Assembly: GCA_964016885.1 (NCBI GenBank)
Contig: OZ024745.1
Location: forward strand, 112,468,001-112,532,000
From: Eledone cirrhosa
Lineage: Eukaryota
Length of the DNA: 64,000 nucleotides
Direction of reading: 5' to 3'
Positions 40,441-53,934 of the stretch are shown one piece after another. How positions within the stretch are numbered: the stretch's first letter is position 1; the number at the start of each line of letters is the position of its first letter. Under the pieces are notes generated by a model. It searched no databases. It had not been told where the DNA came from and saw only the letters and a program-made list of their open reading frames with translations. Position numbers and translations under genes: made by a program.

Positions 40441-40479
40441 TCCTAGTTCTTTCTATTCTATTCTGGAATAGAATAGAAA

Positions 40480-40722
40480 CGATCGTTTCATTATAAGTTT
40501 TCTACAAGCTGGGAAAATAATGTCCAGATTATGTAGAAGCCTACACATAGTCTATAGGAATATATGCAGGTGGGCACTTATAAATTATCAGTAGATGCCC
40601 AACAATATCGATATAAAAAAAACCCTACCGATATTAACATTCAGCGATGGTACCCGTCAGTGTTAGAGTGACCGCCAAATTTGAAATTCCAGCAGTCACA
40701 CAAAGAGAAATCTCACACCGTA
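40480..40722 (-). mobile_element. Family C repeat with inactivated branched hammerhead (core CTGATAA, helix I 3' strand lost)
   Basis: Homologous to 45231-45470. Confidence 0.7.
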
Positions 40723-40727
40723 TATAC

Positions 40728-40842
<115 letters not shown>

Positions 40843-40865
40843 TATATACATATATATATATACAC

Positions 40866-40982
<117 letters not shown>

Positions 40983-40997
40983 TATATATATACATAT

Positions 40998-41081
<84 letters not shown>

Positions 41082-41232
41082 AGGTGCATTATTGGTCCAA
41101 TAACCTTATGTTAGCAATATTAAGTTCTCCACGCTTTTGTATATCTCCAATTCCATTCAAGGGAACAGCTAGATGATGTAAAACGGAGTATAAGTATCAA
41201 AATGAAAATCCGAAGGCAAGGTAAAATTCCAA

Positions 41233-41320
41233 TCATTTAATCACGACACATGTTTCAATAAGAGATAGATCGATTGTGAAGCCATGATCGATTATCACTG
41301 ATCTCATCAGGTGAAAATGA
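41233..41320 (-). ncRNA. Type I hammerhead ribozyme with long helix II
   Basis: TCATTTTCAC-CTGATGA-GATCAGTGATAATCGATCATG(GCTT)CACAATCGATCTATCTCTTATT-GAAA-CATGTG-TC-GTGATTAAATGA. GUC cleavage triplet. The tail runs into (TA)n at 41078. Confidence 0.88.
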
Positions 41321-41468
41321 ATTGTCTTCAAATTCTTGATATGAGGGAGAAAAAAAACGATGTTCTCTCACAGAATTCATTCCCTCATATCATATATATA
41401 TATATATATATCCCTCATATATATATCCCTCATATATATATCCCTCTAATTTTTTTTTACTAACCTCG

Positions 41469-41496
<28 letters not shown>

Positions 41497-41499
<3 letters not shown>

Positions 41500-41779
41500 G
41501 AGGTTAGTAAAAAGAAATTACCCCCACTTTTGCCATAACCTTACTTTAGGTTTGTCACACTACTTTCTGCTCAAGCGTGCTTATAGTTGGTACTATTGAG
41601 GTCTGGTGATCGAAGCTGGAGCTTGATCGCGCCAGTTTTCTTACTATTGTTACAGTGTGAATTTGGTCGCTCTGCTAGCAATTAATTCTACCAACTATAA
41701 GCATGAGCAGAAAGCAGCGTGGCAAACCTAAAGATATGTTATGGCGAAAGTGCGGATAATTTGTGACTTACCATCGTAT
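41497..41779. mobile_element. Mariner-like MITE with ~95-bp imperfect TIRs
   Basis: ACGAGGTTAGT...CACTTTTGCCATAAC...CTTTAGGTTTG...CTTATAGTTGGTA mirrored at 41689-41779. ACGA-type termini lie in TA context. Confidence 0.75.
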
Positions 41780-43631
41780 ATGAGAGGTTTATGTGTAATC
41801 ACATAATGTCGAGTTAGATCCCACCGTATGGAAAATTGAGTAAAAGTATTTTACAAATGCCTCGGGTCGATTGTGATTGAGATTGAATGAACAAAAAGTA
41901 TGTGGAAGTTCGTCTGATTGACTGAACTTGTCATCCAAGTTTGTCACATACTGTGTCATGCTGATTAGGCTTGATAATTATATTTAAGGTTAAACGTGTT
42001 TGTAGAATACTTGGCCACTTGGACACTAATTTAATGAATAGGTAGTGGAGTTAATCAAACATGTGATCACGCATAATCGAAACTGCCGGAGATTAATTTA
42101 AAACTCTTAATTTAAAGGAGAATTTGTTGAGTATCTATAAGTTCTGTTGCTGTTCGGAGTAAGGACAAAATGACGCCCGTCTGCAATTTAACCTATTGAT
42201 ACTCAACGAACTCACTTTGGGATTTACTATTACTACAGCTGCAATGCAGACCCTCACTGGTTTATTACCCCTACAAATTTTAGTGAGTCAATTGTTTTGC
42301 TTTTGCACCTGTTCCACGAAGCCTGGAATTTATCTTGTTTTCTTGGACGTTTGGTAACTGAGAGTACTAGACCCTTCCTTCGGTGGGACGTTAATGCCGC
42401 TGGAGCTTATTTTTAGTTGAGTAAACTATACTAATGTGAAACGAAGGGCTTTGTTCAAGAGCACAACGTATCATTTGGTCTAGGAATCGAACCTTATGAT
42501 GTTGGGCCCAACACCCTAACCACAATGCCACGCGATTTCACACTTTGTGTTCACTTTGCTCTATAATCATTAAGTTTAGAAGCAAAATAATAGAGAATCA
42601 TCTTGTGAAGTTCTAAAATTACAAAACCAAACCATAAGAAGGTACAAACATCGATTATTGAAATTCTCTGAATTCAATAAATGAGTGGTGCAAGAAAGAG
42701 TTAAACAATGCAGAACAGCAAAACGTTCTGTATATGACTGAAGTTTTTGTAGTTTTAAATAACTTCAAAAGCGTTTTGTCTGTTAGAAACTGGTTTTTGT
42801 TCTGTTGATTGAAGCTGGACAAAATAAAGACGTTAAATATATATGCAAACAGATACTTAAATAGATAGAAAAATAGATATGTTTCTTTATTAGCCACAGG
42901 GACACAAAAGAAGGGGACAAATACAAATAGATAGATAAATAGATAGATAGATAGATAGATAGACAAACAAACAGATAGAGAGACAGACTGGAAGAGAGAG
43001 AGATAGATAGACGGATAGGAAGACAAACAGAGAGAGAGGGAGAGTGAGAAAGAGAGGGGAGGAGAGAGATAAGTAGATTCACACGCACACATATGTATGC
43101 ATATTGATACGCATACAATTATATGCATACAAAACGTACAGAAGCGCTGGTCAACCCCACAAACACACACATATACAAATCGTTACACATGTATGCGAAA
43201 GTAAAGGGATAGTCATAGGCTTCGATAAGTATTCCAATTTATCGTTCAACTAAAATATAGTGCAATTGGCTGAGTATTCCACGGACATGTATCATCTTAT
43301 GGTAATTTTCAGATAGAATCAACGTTACACAATCTAACCAATTGAATTACATGTACAGTCCATCTAACGGAATTTCTTAGTTTCTGCCTACCCACAAGAT
43401 CGACCAGGGACTATATAAAATATATTTGCCTATCATTATACGATCTAACACAGTTTCTACATCTCAAATGAGATGTAGAAAAATAAGTGTTGAGGTAAGT
43501 GTTGAGTTTTATGCTTGGATCCTAGAATATGAATTTATTTCTATAAACCGGAATCCTACTTAACTGAAAAGCTTGCATCAGCCATACTTTACGCACTTCA
43601 TTTGTTGACACATGAGTAATATATATAAAAA

Positions 43632-43780
43632 TATCTTCCAGTTCCGTGGTGGTAGACCCTACATCTGGGATGTTACATATCCAGACAGATTCTCCAGTGG
43701 AAATCTGGTGCATTCGGCAACTGATCCAGGCTTCGCTGCTCCTCAGGCAGAAGAGGGCAAACTGTTCAAATATTGGTAGC
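43632..43780 (+). mobile_element. CRE-like REL endonuclease fragment
   Basis: IFQFRGGRPYIWDVTYPDRFSSGNLVHSATDPGFAAPQAEEGKLFKY aligns with the 52087..52596 ORF. Confidence 0.75.
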
Positions 43781-43805
43781 AACACACACACACACACACA
43801 CACAC

Positions 43806-43857
<52 letters not shown>

Positions 43858-43864
<7 letters not shown>

Positions 43865-44032
43865 TCTACTTTTGGCACAAGGCCAGCAATTACCCAGTAC
43901 ATTACTGGTACTTTATTTTATCGACCACGTAAGGATGAAAGGCAAAGAAGTTGACCTCGGCGGGATTTGAACTCAGAATGGAAAGGGCGTCAAAGCATGA
44001 CGTCCGACCCTCTACCGATACTGCCAATCCAC
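43858..44032 (-). mobile_element. SINE family 1
   Basis: Matches the family consensus with a small internal deletion. Confidence 0.85.
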
Positions 44033-44085
44033 CTGGTTATATATCGAAGTTGTAGCTGCAATACAGCAGGTACTAACTGAATTGT

Positions 44086-44117
<32 letters not shown>

Positions 44118-44142
44118 TAGATAGAGAGAGAGAGAGAGAGAG

Positions 44143-44178
<36 letters not shown>

Positions 44179-45224
44179 GAGGTGTTAGAAATATGAAACA
44201 TGAATTATAGATAAAGACTAGGTAAATTAGAAACACAGTTATGATGTAGTTTACGGAAGACCCAGATGTTATACAAGTAGACCCTAAAAAGGAGCATTAA
44301 CATTAAGAAAGGCATGAACGAAACCAGATCTTTTGGGATTTCGATTTTGAAAGTAGGTTTATAAGTATTAAATTACATAAGTCCATTGTAGTTCGATTGG
44401 TGGCCGAGTGGGGTGGATTAGAGTTGGTGGAGATCCTGGTCTGAGGTTCGATCTTAGTCAGGCGATACCGGTAGGTTGTCTATGAAACATTTTAATTTTC
44501 CTTTTACAAATCTTAGAAAACCTGGCAAAAGTTTAGTGAGCACCCAATGTGGATTTTATATTTTATTTCATTTCATATTTCATATTTTGTGTTTAAATTT
44601 GATATTCTAATAGTTTATTATTGACATACCATTCTGTAGGTGTCCTGGTGGCTTAGTTACAGCTGATATGGTGTAGTTACAGGTTCAATATTTAGCTGAG
44701 ATTGTAGATTTCCTTTTATTTATTATTTTAACAAATGATATATATAACGTCAGTCATTGTAAGTTCTAATCTGACATACAGTCACATATATATGAATATG
44801 AGAAGACCAAATGATAGTTAATTCAAATATCACATACGCAGAGAGAGAGGGGGGAGGTGAGAGACAGAGAGAAATGAGGTGTTAGAAATATGAAGCATGA
44901 ATTATAAATTCAAATAAAGACTAGGAAAATTAAAAACAAAGTGAGGATGTATTTAGGTAGTGGGTGAGGTTTGGGTTTTCGTTTACTATTATTCTGTTGT
45001 TGAGTAGAGTTGTGAGAAAATAGACACACACACACACATACACTCACACACACACACACACAGACTCACATATATAAAGAGATACATGTACTCACGCGCA
45101 AACACACTACACTTAGGAAATATCTGAGTAAATTCCCAATTAATCGTTTGGGGTGCTAACTATATTGTATTGTGTGGATAATTGGCTGTATTATTTCATA
45201 TGAGATATATCAAATATATCATTT

Positions 45225-45347
45225 CCCAGACGACTCGTTTCATTATAAGATTTCTACAAGTTGGGTGAAATTTTACCAAGTTATGTAGAAGCTTGTATAA
45301 GATCAACAGATACTTATTCAAGTGGGCTCTTATAAATCTTCAGTGGG
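45225..45347 (-). ncRNA. Type I hammerhead ribozyme with ~95-nt branched helix II domain
   Basis: CCCA-CTGAAGA-TTTATAAGA[two hairpins]TCTTATAAT-GAAA-CGAGTCG-TC-TGGG. Compensatory changes relative to 40480-40601. Confidence 0.85.
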
Positions 45348-45629
45348 TGCCCAATAATACTAATATTGATAACTAAATCAACATCAATATTTAGCGATAA
45401 TAACCATCAGTGCTTGAGGGAACTGCTAGGTTGTTAGTCCAACAGTTCTAAAGAAAATCTCACACTGTCCCGAAAATGGGAGGAAGGAGGCAACCGCCAA
45501 AAACAATACATGCGCAGGTCAAGAATTCAAGCCACGTGCTAAGAACTCAATTGGATATGAAAAAATAACCATATGTGCGCATTGTTTTAGGACACATAGA
45601 TATTTTCTCGGGCAATATATATATATATA

Positions 45630-45903
<274 letters not shown>

Positions 45904-46048
45904 AGGATGTAGTTACGGAAGACCCAGACGATATAGAAGTAAACCCTAACAAGGAGCATTAACATTAAGAAAGGCATGAACGAAACCAGATCTTTTGGGA
46001 TTTCAACTTTCCTATAACCATATATAAATATATATTTATAAAACTTTG

Positions 46049-46109
46049 TATTTTATCTGATGAAAGCGTACCAAAGTTTTGGTACCCTTGAAATATATAT
46101 AATAGAATA
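46049..46109 (+). ncRNA. Type I hammerhead ribozyme
   Basis: TATTTTAT-CTGATGA-AAGCGTACCAAAGTTTTGGTACCCTT-GAAA-TATATA-TA-ATAGAATA. Helix I 5' strand is identical to that of 10008, but helix II is unrelated. Confidence 0.9.
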
Positions 46110-46130
46110 AATATGGTTATATATATATGG

Positions 46131-46183
<53 letters not shown>

Positions 46184-46516
46184 GTATGTTTTATATATGT
46201 GTGTGTATCTTTTTTTTCATCGTATCGTTTATCCTGAGTTTTACAGTTTGACCCCTCCCTTTTTTATATTGATATTGCTGAAATTACACACACATGGCAC
46301 AGGTCAACTTGAAGCTGCAATAGAAGACACTTGCCCAAGGTCTCACGTTTTGGGACTGAACCTAAAACCGTGTGGCTGCAAAGAGAACCCCTTAACCACA
46401 CAACCATGCTTATATATGCACACACACATACACACACACACACATACACACATAGATATATATATTGGGTATAAATCGAAGTTGTAGCCGCAATATAGCA
46501 GGTAGTAACCGAACTG

Positions 46517-46649
<133 letters not shown>

Positions 46650-48099
46650 AGGATATAGTTCACGGAAGACTCAGATGATATACAAGTAGACTCTAAAAAG
46701 GACCAATAACATTAAGAAAGGCATGAACGAAACCAGATCTTTTTGAATTTCGATTTTGCAAGTAGGTTTATAATTATTAAATTTCATAGGATTAATGTAT
46801 CGGTGTCGATGGCCGAGTGAGAAGTATTAGAGTTTGAAAAGGTCCTGGATTTGAGTTCAATCCTGGTGCTGAGTTACATTTAAGGTGTCTTAATAAACAT
46901 TTTTAATTGTCACATTACATCTCTTAACAAAACTTGGGAAAGTTTAGTGAGAACCCCAATGTGCATTTTATTTAATTTCATATTTTATTTAATATATGCC
47001 CCATCCCCAAATAATTATATTTTTCTCCCTAAACTACCAAAACACACATCTACTTGGATATGCGCTACAATTTATATACATGTCATTTTTATCGCATATC
47101 AAAGTTTTCTGACCATTTTTGAGTGAAAGAGCTAAACTAATCACTTCACCTAAATTGACCAAATTTGCCCCAAATTCAGAGATACTTCCATCGCCCCAGT
47201 TTATTTCATTTAAATTGTTTTCCTGGTGGACAGTCTGTTAAGGGATGTATGGACGAGAGCCGTCGAGTATGATGGTTATGTGCGTAAGGTTTGTTAGTTA
47301 AACGATTAAGTTCTTTTCAGAGAATATGGTGATAATTTAACCTGTAACCACAACCGTTGGCGGAAACTTGACATCTAGAGCGATTGTGGCCTGATGAAGT
47401 TGCCATATATCTATGAGATGTTTTAATTTCTTTTAAATTCATTTGAGAGAGAGAGATGTGAAATAGCAGTTAAAGAGAAAATGAGAATTACACTTGTTTG
47501 GAAAATGAAGGATGGAAATTGAATAAAGGGAATATTTTATTTAATCTTTTACGAGCATAGATAAGTGTTACCAATCATTTGAAACACTCGTTATGTCAGG
47601 CTGTTGGCCAGAATATACGATAAACAGATCTTAAGCGAAGCTCTACAATTAAACTACAAGGCCGATCAATTATTATTTCTAAGCTTACAACATGTTACAT
47701 TATCTAAAAGAGATGGTGCTGATGGTGATGATGGTTGATTGTAGGAATTGTGGTGATGTTTGAGATGGTGTCATTTCGTATTTTATGGGGTATTGCTTCA
47801 ATGATTTTAGTAGTTATGGTCACAGCCGTGGCGGTCATTGAACTAGCTGGTGGTCATTGCGTTGCTTACAGTGGCTTTGTTTGTATAGTAGTGATATGCT
47901 AAATTCGGGAATCCAAGGAAAATGATGATAGTATATGTTGGCCAAACTTGGTGCATAAAATATAATATAGATGAGTGCAATAAGTGTTTGCCACGAGAAG
48001 TGAAGACGTTAATGTTTCGGCTCTTTGGCCCTCGTTTAAGAATAAAAATGAGATATAAAAAATGTGTTGACGTTTTGGTTGTGAGCATATAAATATTAG

Positions 48100-48295
48100 T
48101 TTCGGGCAACAATTTTGAGGTATGGTAAAATCGACTAGATCGCCCCAGTGCGTTACTGGTATTTTATTTTATCGACCATGTTAGGATGAAAGGCAAAACT
48201 AACCACGTCAGGATTAGAATTCAGAACGTAAAGAGCCATAACCAAATACTACGAAGAATTTTGTCCGGCTCTTTAACTATTCTGCCAATCCCCTG
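48100..48295 (-). mobile_element. Old SINE family 1 (long form)
   Basis: Diverged match to the consensus. Confidence 0.75.
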
Positions 48296-48452
48296 GCATA
48301 GAGCTTTCAAAAATTAGAAATAGTCACGGTGGCCTAGATTATACTCGATTTACGGCTTTCTTCTCGTTGAACTATTTGTTGTCTGTCATCGTAATTTAGT
48401 CTCAGGTCAGCTTTATTTCAGTGTACCCAGAAGCATCCCAGCTATTTTGGAA

Positions 48453-48483
<31 letters not shown>

Positions 48484-50249
48484 CTTCTTCTTCTTCTTCT
48501 TCTTCTTCTTCTTCTTCTTCTTCTTTATCCCTTGGAGTGTCTTAGGAGGGTGGTGGAAGCGGACTTTTCAAGCATGCCTTCCAGCGGGTTTTGTCAGAAG
48601 CAACTGTCTTCCATTGATCCGGGTGTATCTCCAAGAAAGACCAGCAGACTGATTCTACACTCACCAGTCTTGATATCACTTTCAACCCGGTTGCGCATGT
48701 CAATCATGTTCATGAAGAATTATTACCTAAGCCGCTCTATTTTACTATATCTAGAATCAGAGGTGTTCTTGTCGGAACTATCTCAACTCTTATTGAAACT
48801 TATTGCATATATTATCCAGTGTGTCCTTTATTTCAAGACGGTGAAATTTGATTCACAGAATATTTGCTTGCTATTTCCAGCGATCACATATGTCTGCTGA
48901 CTGTACAGAAACTTCCTCACTGGGGCGACGATCGGGAGTGTACTGATGATAAAAGTGGGAAAGCATATTTGTAATAATGCTATTTGCGGTGGTCGTAATG
49001 CAAATAATTAATACTGGTCATTGCGGAAGATGCGTCTCATTGTGAAGTGTTTGATTGTTTTTGTTTCATCATATTAGATCTTTGCTATGATATCAAAGTT
49101 TGACAAGAGATTAATTGAAAACGAGACGGAGTGAGATGTGGGTTTCAAATAAAGTTCATTATTATTTACATAAATGAGTTTATCTAAATAACATCTCTTA
49201 TCTTGGTGATTGAAAATTATTTCCGTTTCAATGATTGCACGCTTTTAATCCTTTTTTAAATTAAATGTCTTTCAAATAGGAAATTACAATTGATCACTAG
49301 ATGATCTCTGACAATAACCACTTTCGGTTTAAAACGATGTTAGACAAGTGGTGTAAGAAAATGTAAATTGATTCTTTGGAAATGAAACGAATCTTGGAAA
49401 TTGCTTTAAAGTAGGTTTAAGGCTAGGTTTCTTCTTGTTACCCAGTACAACCTGTTTTATGATTGAGTGGTCGGATATTAAACCGGCTCCCTCACAAGAA
49501 TTTGGTCCGCTGAGGAGAGTAAGTGATATCGCAGCAGCATAAAACGCAAGAACTGTAAATAAAAGTGGATGAACTCCTCGGAGTCAACGGTGATCCACTC
49601 CAACTATGGGTTAAATAGCTCCACTAACCCACAATTGGCCAATCGTGGTGAGTACGGCTACACCCCTGATATGACCAAAACCAAACAGAAAGCGGTAGAG
49701 GTTAACCAAGGCGGGATTCCTCCAAGAGGCATGAAAAGGCCCTGGATTGGATTAGATTGAAGCTTTAAGCCTGGAAGTTCAAGCCCAATGTTATTTGCTA
49801 TAATACTGCATGCATTACGAGCAAAATAATTCAGAACAACTATTTCTACGACTTCATTTTACCTTTGTAATTATTTCAATTCAACTTTTGTGATATTTGT
49901 GGTATTGTGGTTATGTTATTGTAATATGCATGAATGTTCCACAATCTCGTTTATCTTAGCTTATAAATCTGATGACAGCATCTTTGATGAATTTAAATAA
50001 ACTATCCAAGTGAAGAGGAACAATGCATATGATGTTTTCAGGCTCTTTTAAAATCATGATATTGATACAGTTGATGTTCAGCTTGAAGGAACAACTGGTA
50101 CTGTTGAATATTGACTTTAGATGAAGGTACATCTCCAAATGTATTCCAGCCACTTGGAGAATAAAAAAGAATGTTTCATACAAAGACAGAATATTGAGGT
50201 CAATCATGAACATTTAACATATTTAAAAATAACGCAAATATAAATTTGA

Positions 50250-50443
50250 TAATTGTTTCTACTTTTGGCACAAAGCCAGTAATTACCCAGTGAATTAGTG
50301 GTGTTTTATTTTATCGACCTCGTAAGGATAAAAGGCAAAGTTGACCTCGGTGGGATTTGACTCCGTAAAGGGCCATAACTCTATGTTGCAAAGCATGGCA
50401 TTCGATGCTCTACCGATACTCTACCGATACTGCCAATCCATGC
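50250..50443 (-). mobile_element. SINE family 1
   Basis: Matches the family consensus. Confidence 0.8.
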
Positions 50444-50878
50444 CATTCAGTAATGATGAATTAGTAAACAATTAACGATGGTAACGTTTTGAGCCAGTTA
50501 TTAGACTAGTCTAAGTCTAAAGTCGGTGTTAAGTCTTATCTCGGTTTCAAGGCGTGAAGCGACTGAGAGCACAAAACTTCCCCCGCCCCCCTGGACAGGT
50601 CGCTAATCCATTGCAGGGTTAAACCCCCACCTATTGCTGGTACCTCTACAATAATGTTTAATGTTCGCAGTCCATCAATTCAATATAACAAGTGAAAGAT
50701 TAGTTCTAACAACATCAATATCAACAGTGAGTGGCTAGAACTGAAACTTAATTGTATATATACTTATGGACAGAAAAAAACACTTCAGGCAAACAGATAT
50801 GATATGAATAGATAAATATTTTTTTCAGCAACCGGTTGAATCCTTTGTGTTATTTACTATGACTATATTACGAATTCA

Positions 50879-51032
50879 TGAAGGAGCGTGGCTTAGTGGT
50901 TAGAGAGCTGGTTTTGCAATCGTGAGGTTGTGAGTTCAATTCTCGAATCGGGATGCGTTGTGTCCTTGAGCAAGACACTTTATTTCACGTTGCTCTTTCT
51001 GCCAGGAGTCGCGACCGATAGATAGTATCAGC
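50879..51032 (+). mobile_element. tRNA-derived SINE family 2
   Basis: GTGGCTTAGTGGTTAGAG...GAGTTCAATTC, then GTGTCCTTGAGCAAGACACTTTATTTCACGTTGCTC. Confidence 0.8.
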
Positions 51033-51052
51033 ACAAGAGCACAAAATACTAA

Positions 51053-51750
51053 TCTATATATATAAAACTGATGATGTGTGTGTGTGTGTGTGTGTGTCTG
51101 TGAGTTTGAATCCCTAAAATGTGTATTACTTATGTTTCAGGGAGTGTTATGCATATAAAAAATTCAACTTTTTGATCCCCTAGGGCCCGCATTAGGTGAA
51201 AAACTGCGTTTTTTTCCAGCTTTTTAGTAGGGGTTTGAGGCGCTACGTCAGACCGATTTCCTTGAAATTGTAACTATGTATTAGTCAGTCTCTTCTTCAT
51301 ACCGTGAGCAAAGAAAGTCGAACTTTTTTTTATTGTTTTAAATACAGAAAAGCTGTAGACTTAAACATCAAATCCTTTGTTTTCACTTCTAAACATTGAT
51401 CAGAATGCAGGTCAGAGATCAACAAGGAATTCGATTACATAACACTCTATCTCACTGTATTGTTGATATGCACATTATCGATTTCGGGCAAATGAAAAAC
51501 GAAAGCCAGTGTGAAATAGCGTGAACTCATTTTTACAACCTCCTCAAATTGTATCCTATTACCAAGCCACTAACTTTTCTGTAACTCACATCTGAGTTTC
51601 ACACACTACCGTAAAGTGTTTTCTCACATTTCAATTTCTGATAGCTGTTATTACATACGGTTTTATCGCTTAATCAGCTGGAATAGTAGTTAAATGGAAT
51701 TACTCAATCATAAAGTAGTTTGTTTATTATTGATCTGTGTGATTTGCCGA
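51053..51750 (+). mobile_element. Non-autonomous Helitron-like element, 5' part
   Basis: Begins A/TCTATATATATAAAA followed by a GT microsatellite, typical of Helitron 5' ends. The 3' boundary is not identified. Confidence 0.45.
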
Positions 51751-51763
51751 ACAGACACACATA

Positions 51764-51797
<34 letters not shown>

Positions 51798-51929
51798 TAT
51801 AGACACACACATAGAGACATAAAGACACAGATACACACTCACACACACACACACACCCATGTCACATATATATGAATATATATTGAGTTTGGTATTAAAT
51901 CTTTAACTTAAGAGAGGATATTAAATGTT

Positions 51930-52810
51930 TATTTGTTCCATATGTAGTAGTACAACTCAGCATTGTTACAGCAGGGGTGCGGGCGGCTTGGACAGAATGA
52001 GGGAGCCTATGTGTAGATCACCTCGTGGTCGCAGCGGACCGAATGGAGAGAACATTGACCCGGAGGATGGTGAGGGAGGGGAATAGTCATTCTAACTCGC
52101 TGGTATCCAACTCCGCCCCAATCGTAGTAAGTAGGGATGTGGCCAAGGGGCCATGAACACCGGGAGTCTCCACAGCTTCAGGTTCGACCACAAACCCATC
52201 GAAAAGCGACCGATATTTCGATAGTTTGTCCAGTTCGGCCTGACGAGCAGCGAAACCTGAGTTAGTTGCCGAATGCATCAGGTTACTGTTGAAGGTGTCA
52301 CTGCACGTAGCATCCCAGATAAGGGGCCTACCATCGAGGAACCGGAAGATTGTTATGCCATTTGGATTTTTGCCGTCTCCTCGGTCTAGCACTGCTGGCT
52401 GGAGTTGGGCAGGGAAGCCTGTGACATCCAAGTCATGCTTTATGATCTCGTTGAAAGCAGCATGATGTAGGATGCGGCTAACACTATAACTGTATGCTAG
52501 TGAGTGGAGGCCAAAAGAGTCCATAGTGGTTTCATAGCGGCATTTGTGTGGCTCACAAATCTGGAGGTCGAGGCTCTGGGAAACACCAATAGGCAAACAG
52601 TCGTTGTCTAGCTGAGTACCTGTTGAAAGCGAGGTACATCATTAAGTCAGGTGCCAGTGTGGTGTTGGGATGCCGAGCGAAAACATTCCAGACGGTACTG
52701 GTCAAGCTGCCGCACTAGCCAGACCGAGGCCACGGTGAACTAAATAGCGTCCTATTTGCTTTCGGTGGTCTGGACGTCTACAGAGGGGAGAGGAGGAAAC
52801 GGAGCTGGTT
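51930..52810 (-). mobile_element. 3' part of a CRE-clade non-LTR retrotransposon (zinc finger plus REL endonuclease), decayed
   Basis: ICEPHKC...GLHSL...LDRGDGKNPNGITIF..LIWDATCSDT...KLSKY...AVETPGVHGP. Confidence 0.8.
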
Positions 52811-53099
52811 CTAAGTGGTTAACTTTGCCTTTCATCCTTATGTACCAGTAATGCACTGGAGTCAATTTAATAGACTTTCCCTTTCCCCAAAACATATGAT
52901 TATGATGGTGTTGGTGTTGTTTGTTGTTGTTATTGTAGTTGTAGCAGTAGTTGTTGTTTTTGCTATAGCGTAGGTGATGATGATGGTGTTGGTTGTTGTT
53001 GTTGTTGCTATTATAGTATTGGTAGTAGTAGCAGTAATAGTAGTAGCTATTCTTGTTTTTGCTGCAGTGTAGATGATAGTGATTGTGTTGGAGTTGCTT

Positions 53100-53123
53100 G
53101 TAGTAGTAGTAGTAGTAGTAGTT

Positions 53124-53186
<63 letters not shown>
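53100..53186. repeat. (GTA)n microsatellite within a GT-rich low-complexity zone
   Basis: Seen directly. Confidence 0.95.
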
Positions 53187-53860
53187 ATGATAGTTACTGT
53201 AGTAGAAGTAGTAGTAGTTGTTGTTATAGTGTAGGTGATGATGGTGGTGTTGGTGTTCGATTGTTCTTTTTATTGTTAAGAGATCGAAGATATCAGAAGT
53301 GTAAGTCAGACTGGATCTCTTTTGTTGTTTGTTTCATTACATCTAAACTAGTGTGTAAAGACAATTAAACAAATCTCCACTAAACGCCTGTCGTCTGCTC
53401 AACCAATCTTTGAACGTCAGTCGTCTATCGTCTGTCGTCTGTCGTCTGTCGTCTGCTCGTTTGGCTATAATCATCGTTTCTTTTCTCGTTGGTCGCGTAT
53501 TTAAAACCAATCATGTCAAACAACAATGAGAAGACAATTATTTAAACAAGTAGTAGATCGCTAAAAATGTTGAGTAGTTTGAAACACACATACACAGACA
53601 CACACACACACTTACACACACACACACACACACACGCGCGCACTCAAGCACACACACAAACAAACACTCACGCATATATATACATATACACACATTCATA
53701 CACACATATACACACACATATATACACACACTTCTACACAGACACACACACACACGCACTCAAGCACACACACAAACAAACACTCATGCATATATATACA
53801 TATACACACATTCATACACACATATACACACACATATATATACACACACACTTCTACACA

Positions 53861-53934
<74 letters not shown>

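Larger units (their letters stand above)
39394..40465 (-). mobile_element. 5'-truncated Penelope-like element with open GIY-YIG ORF, HHR and terminus in (TA)n
   Basis: ORF 39854-40387+, HHR 39609-39653 about 200 nt after the stop, and a short fold-back (TTCTATTCTATTC/GAATAGAATAGAA) at the truncation point. Confidence 0.85.

Noticed and set aside
47360-47410. CTGATGA with upstream GAAA as a type II hammerhead
   Set aside because: Helices I and III cannot be formed.
48005-48040. Minus-strand HHR-like GGC..GCC-GAAA-CATTA
   Set aside because: The core reads TAAACGA rather than CTGANGA. At best a heavily decayed relic.
48943-48980. CTGATGA...GAAA hammerhead candidate
   Set aside because: No helix II or helix I pairing. 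A chance match.
50879-50955. tRNA gene
   Set aside because: A and B boxes are present but there is no proper acceptor stem, and the sequence runs into a shared SINE body. It is a SINE head.
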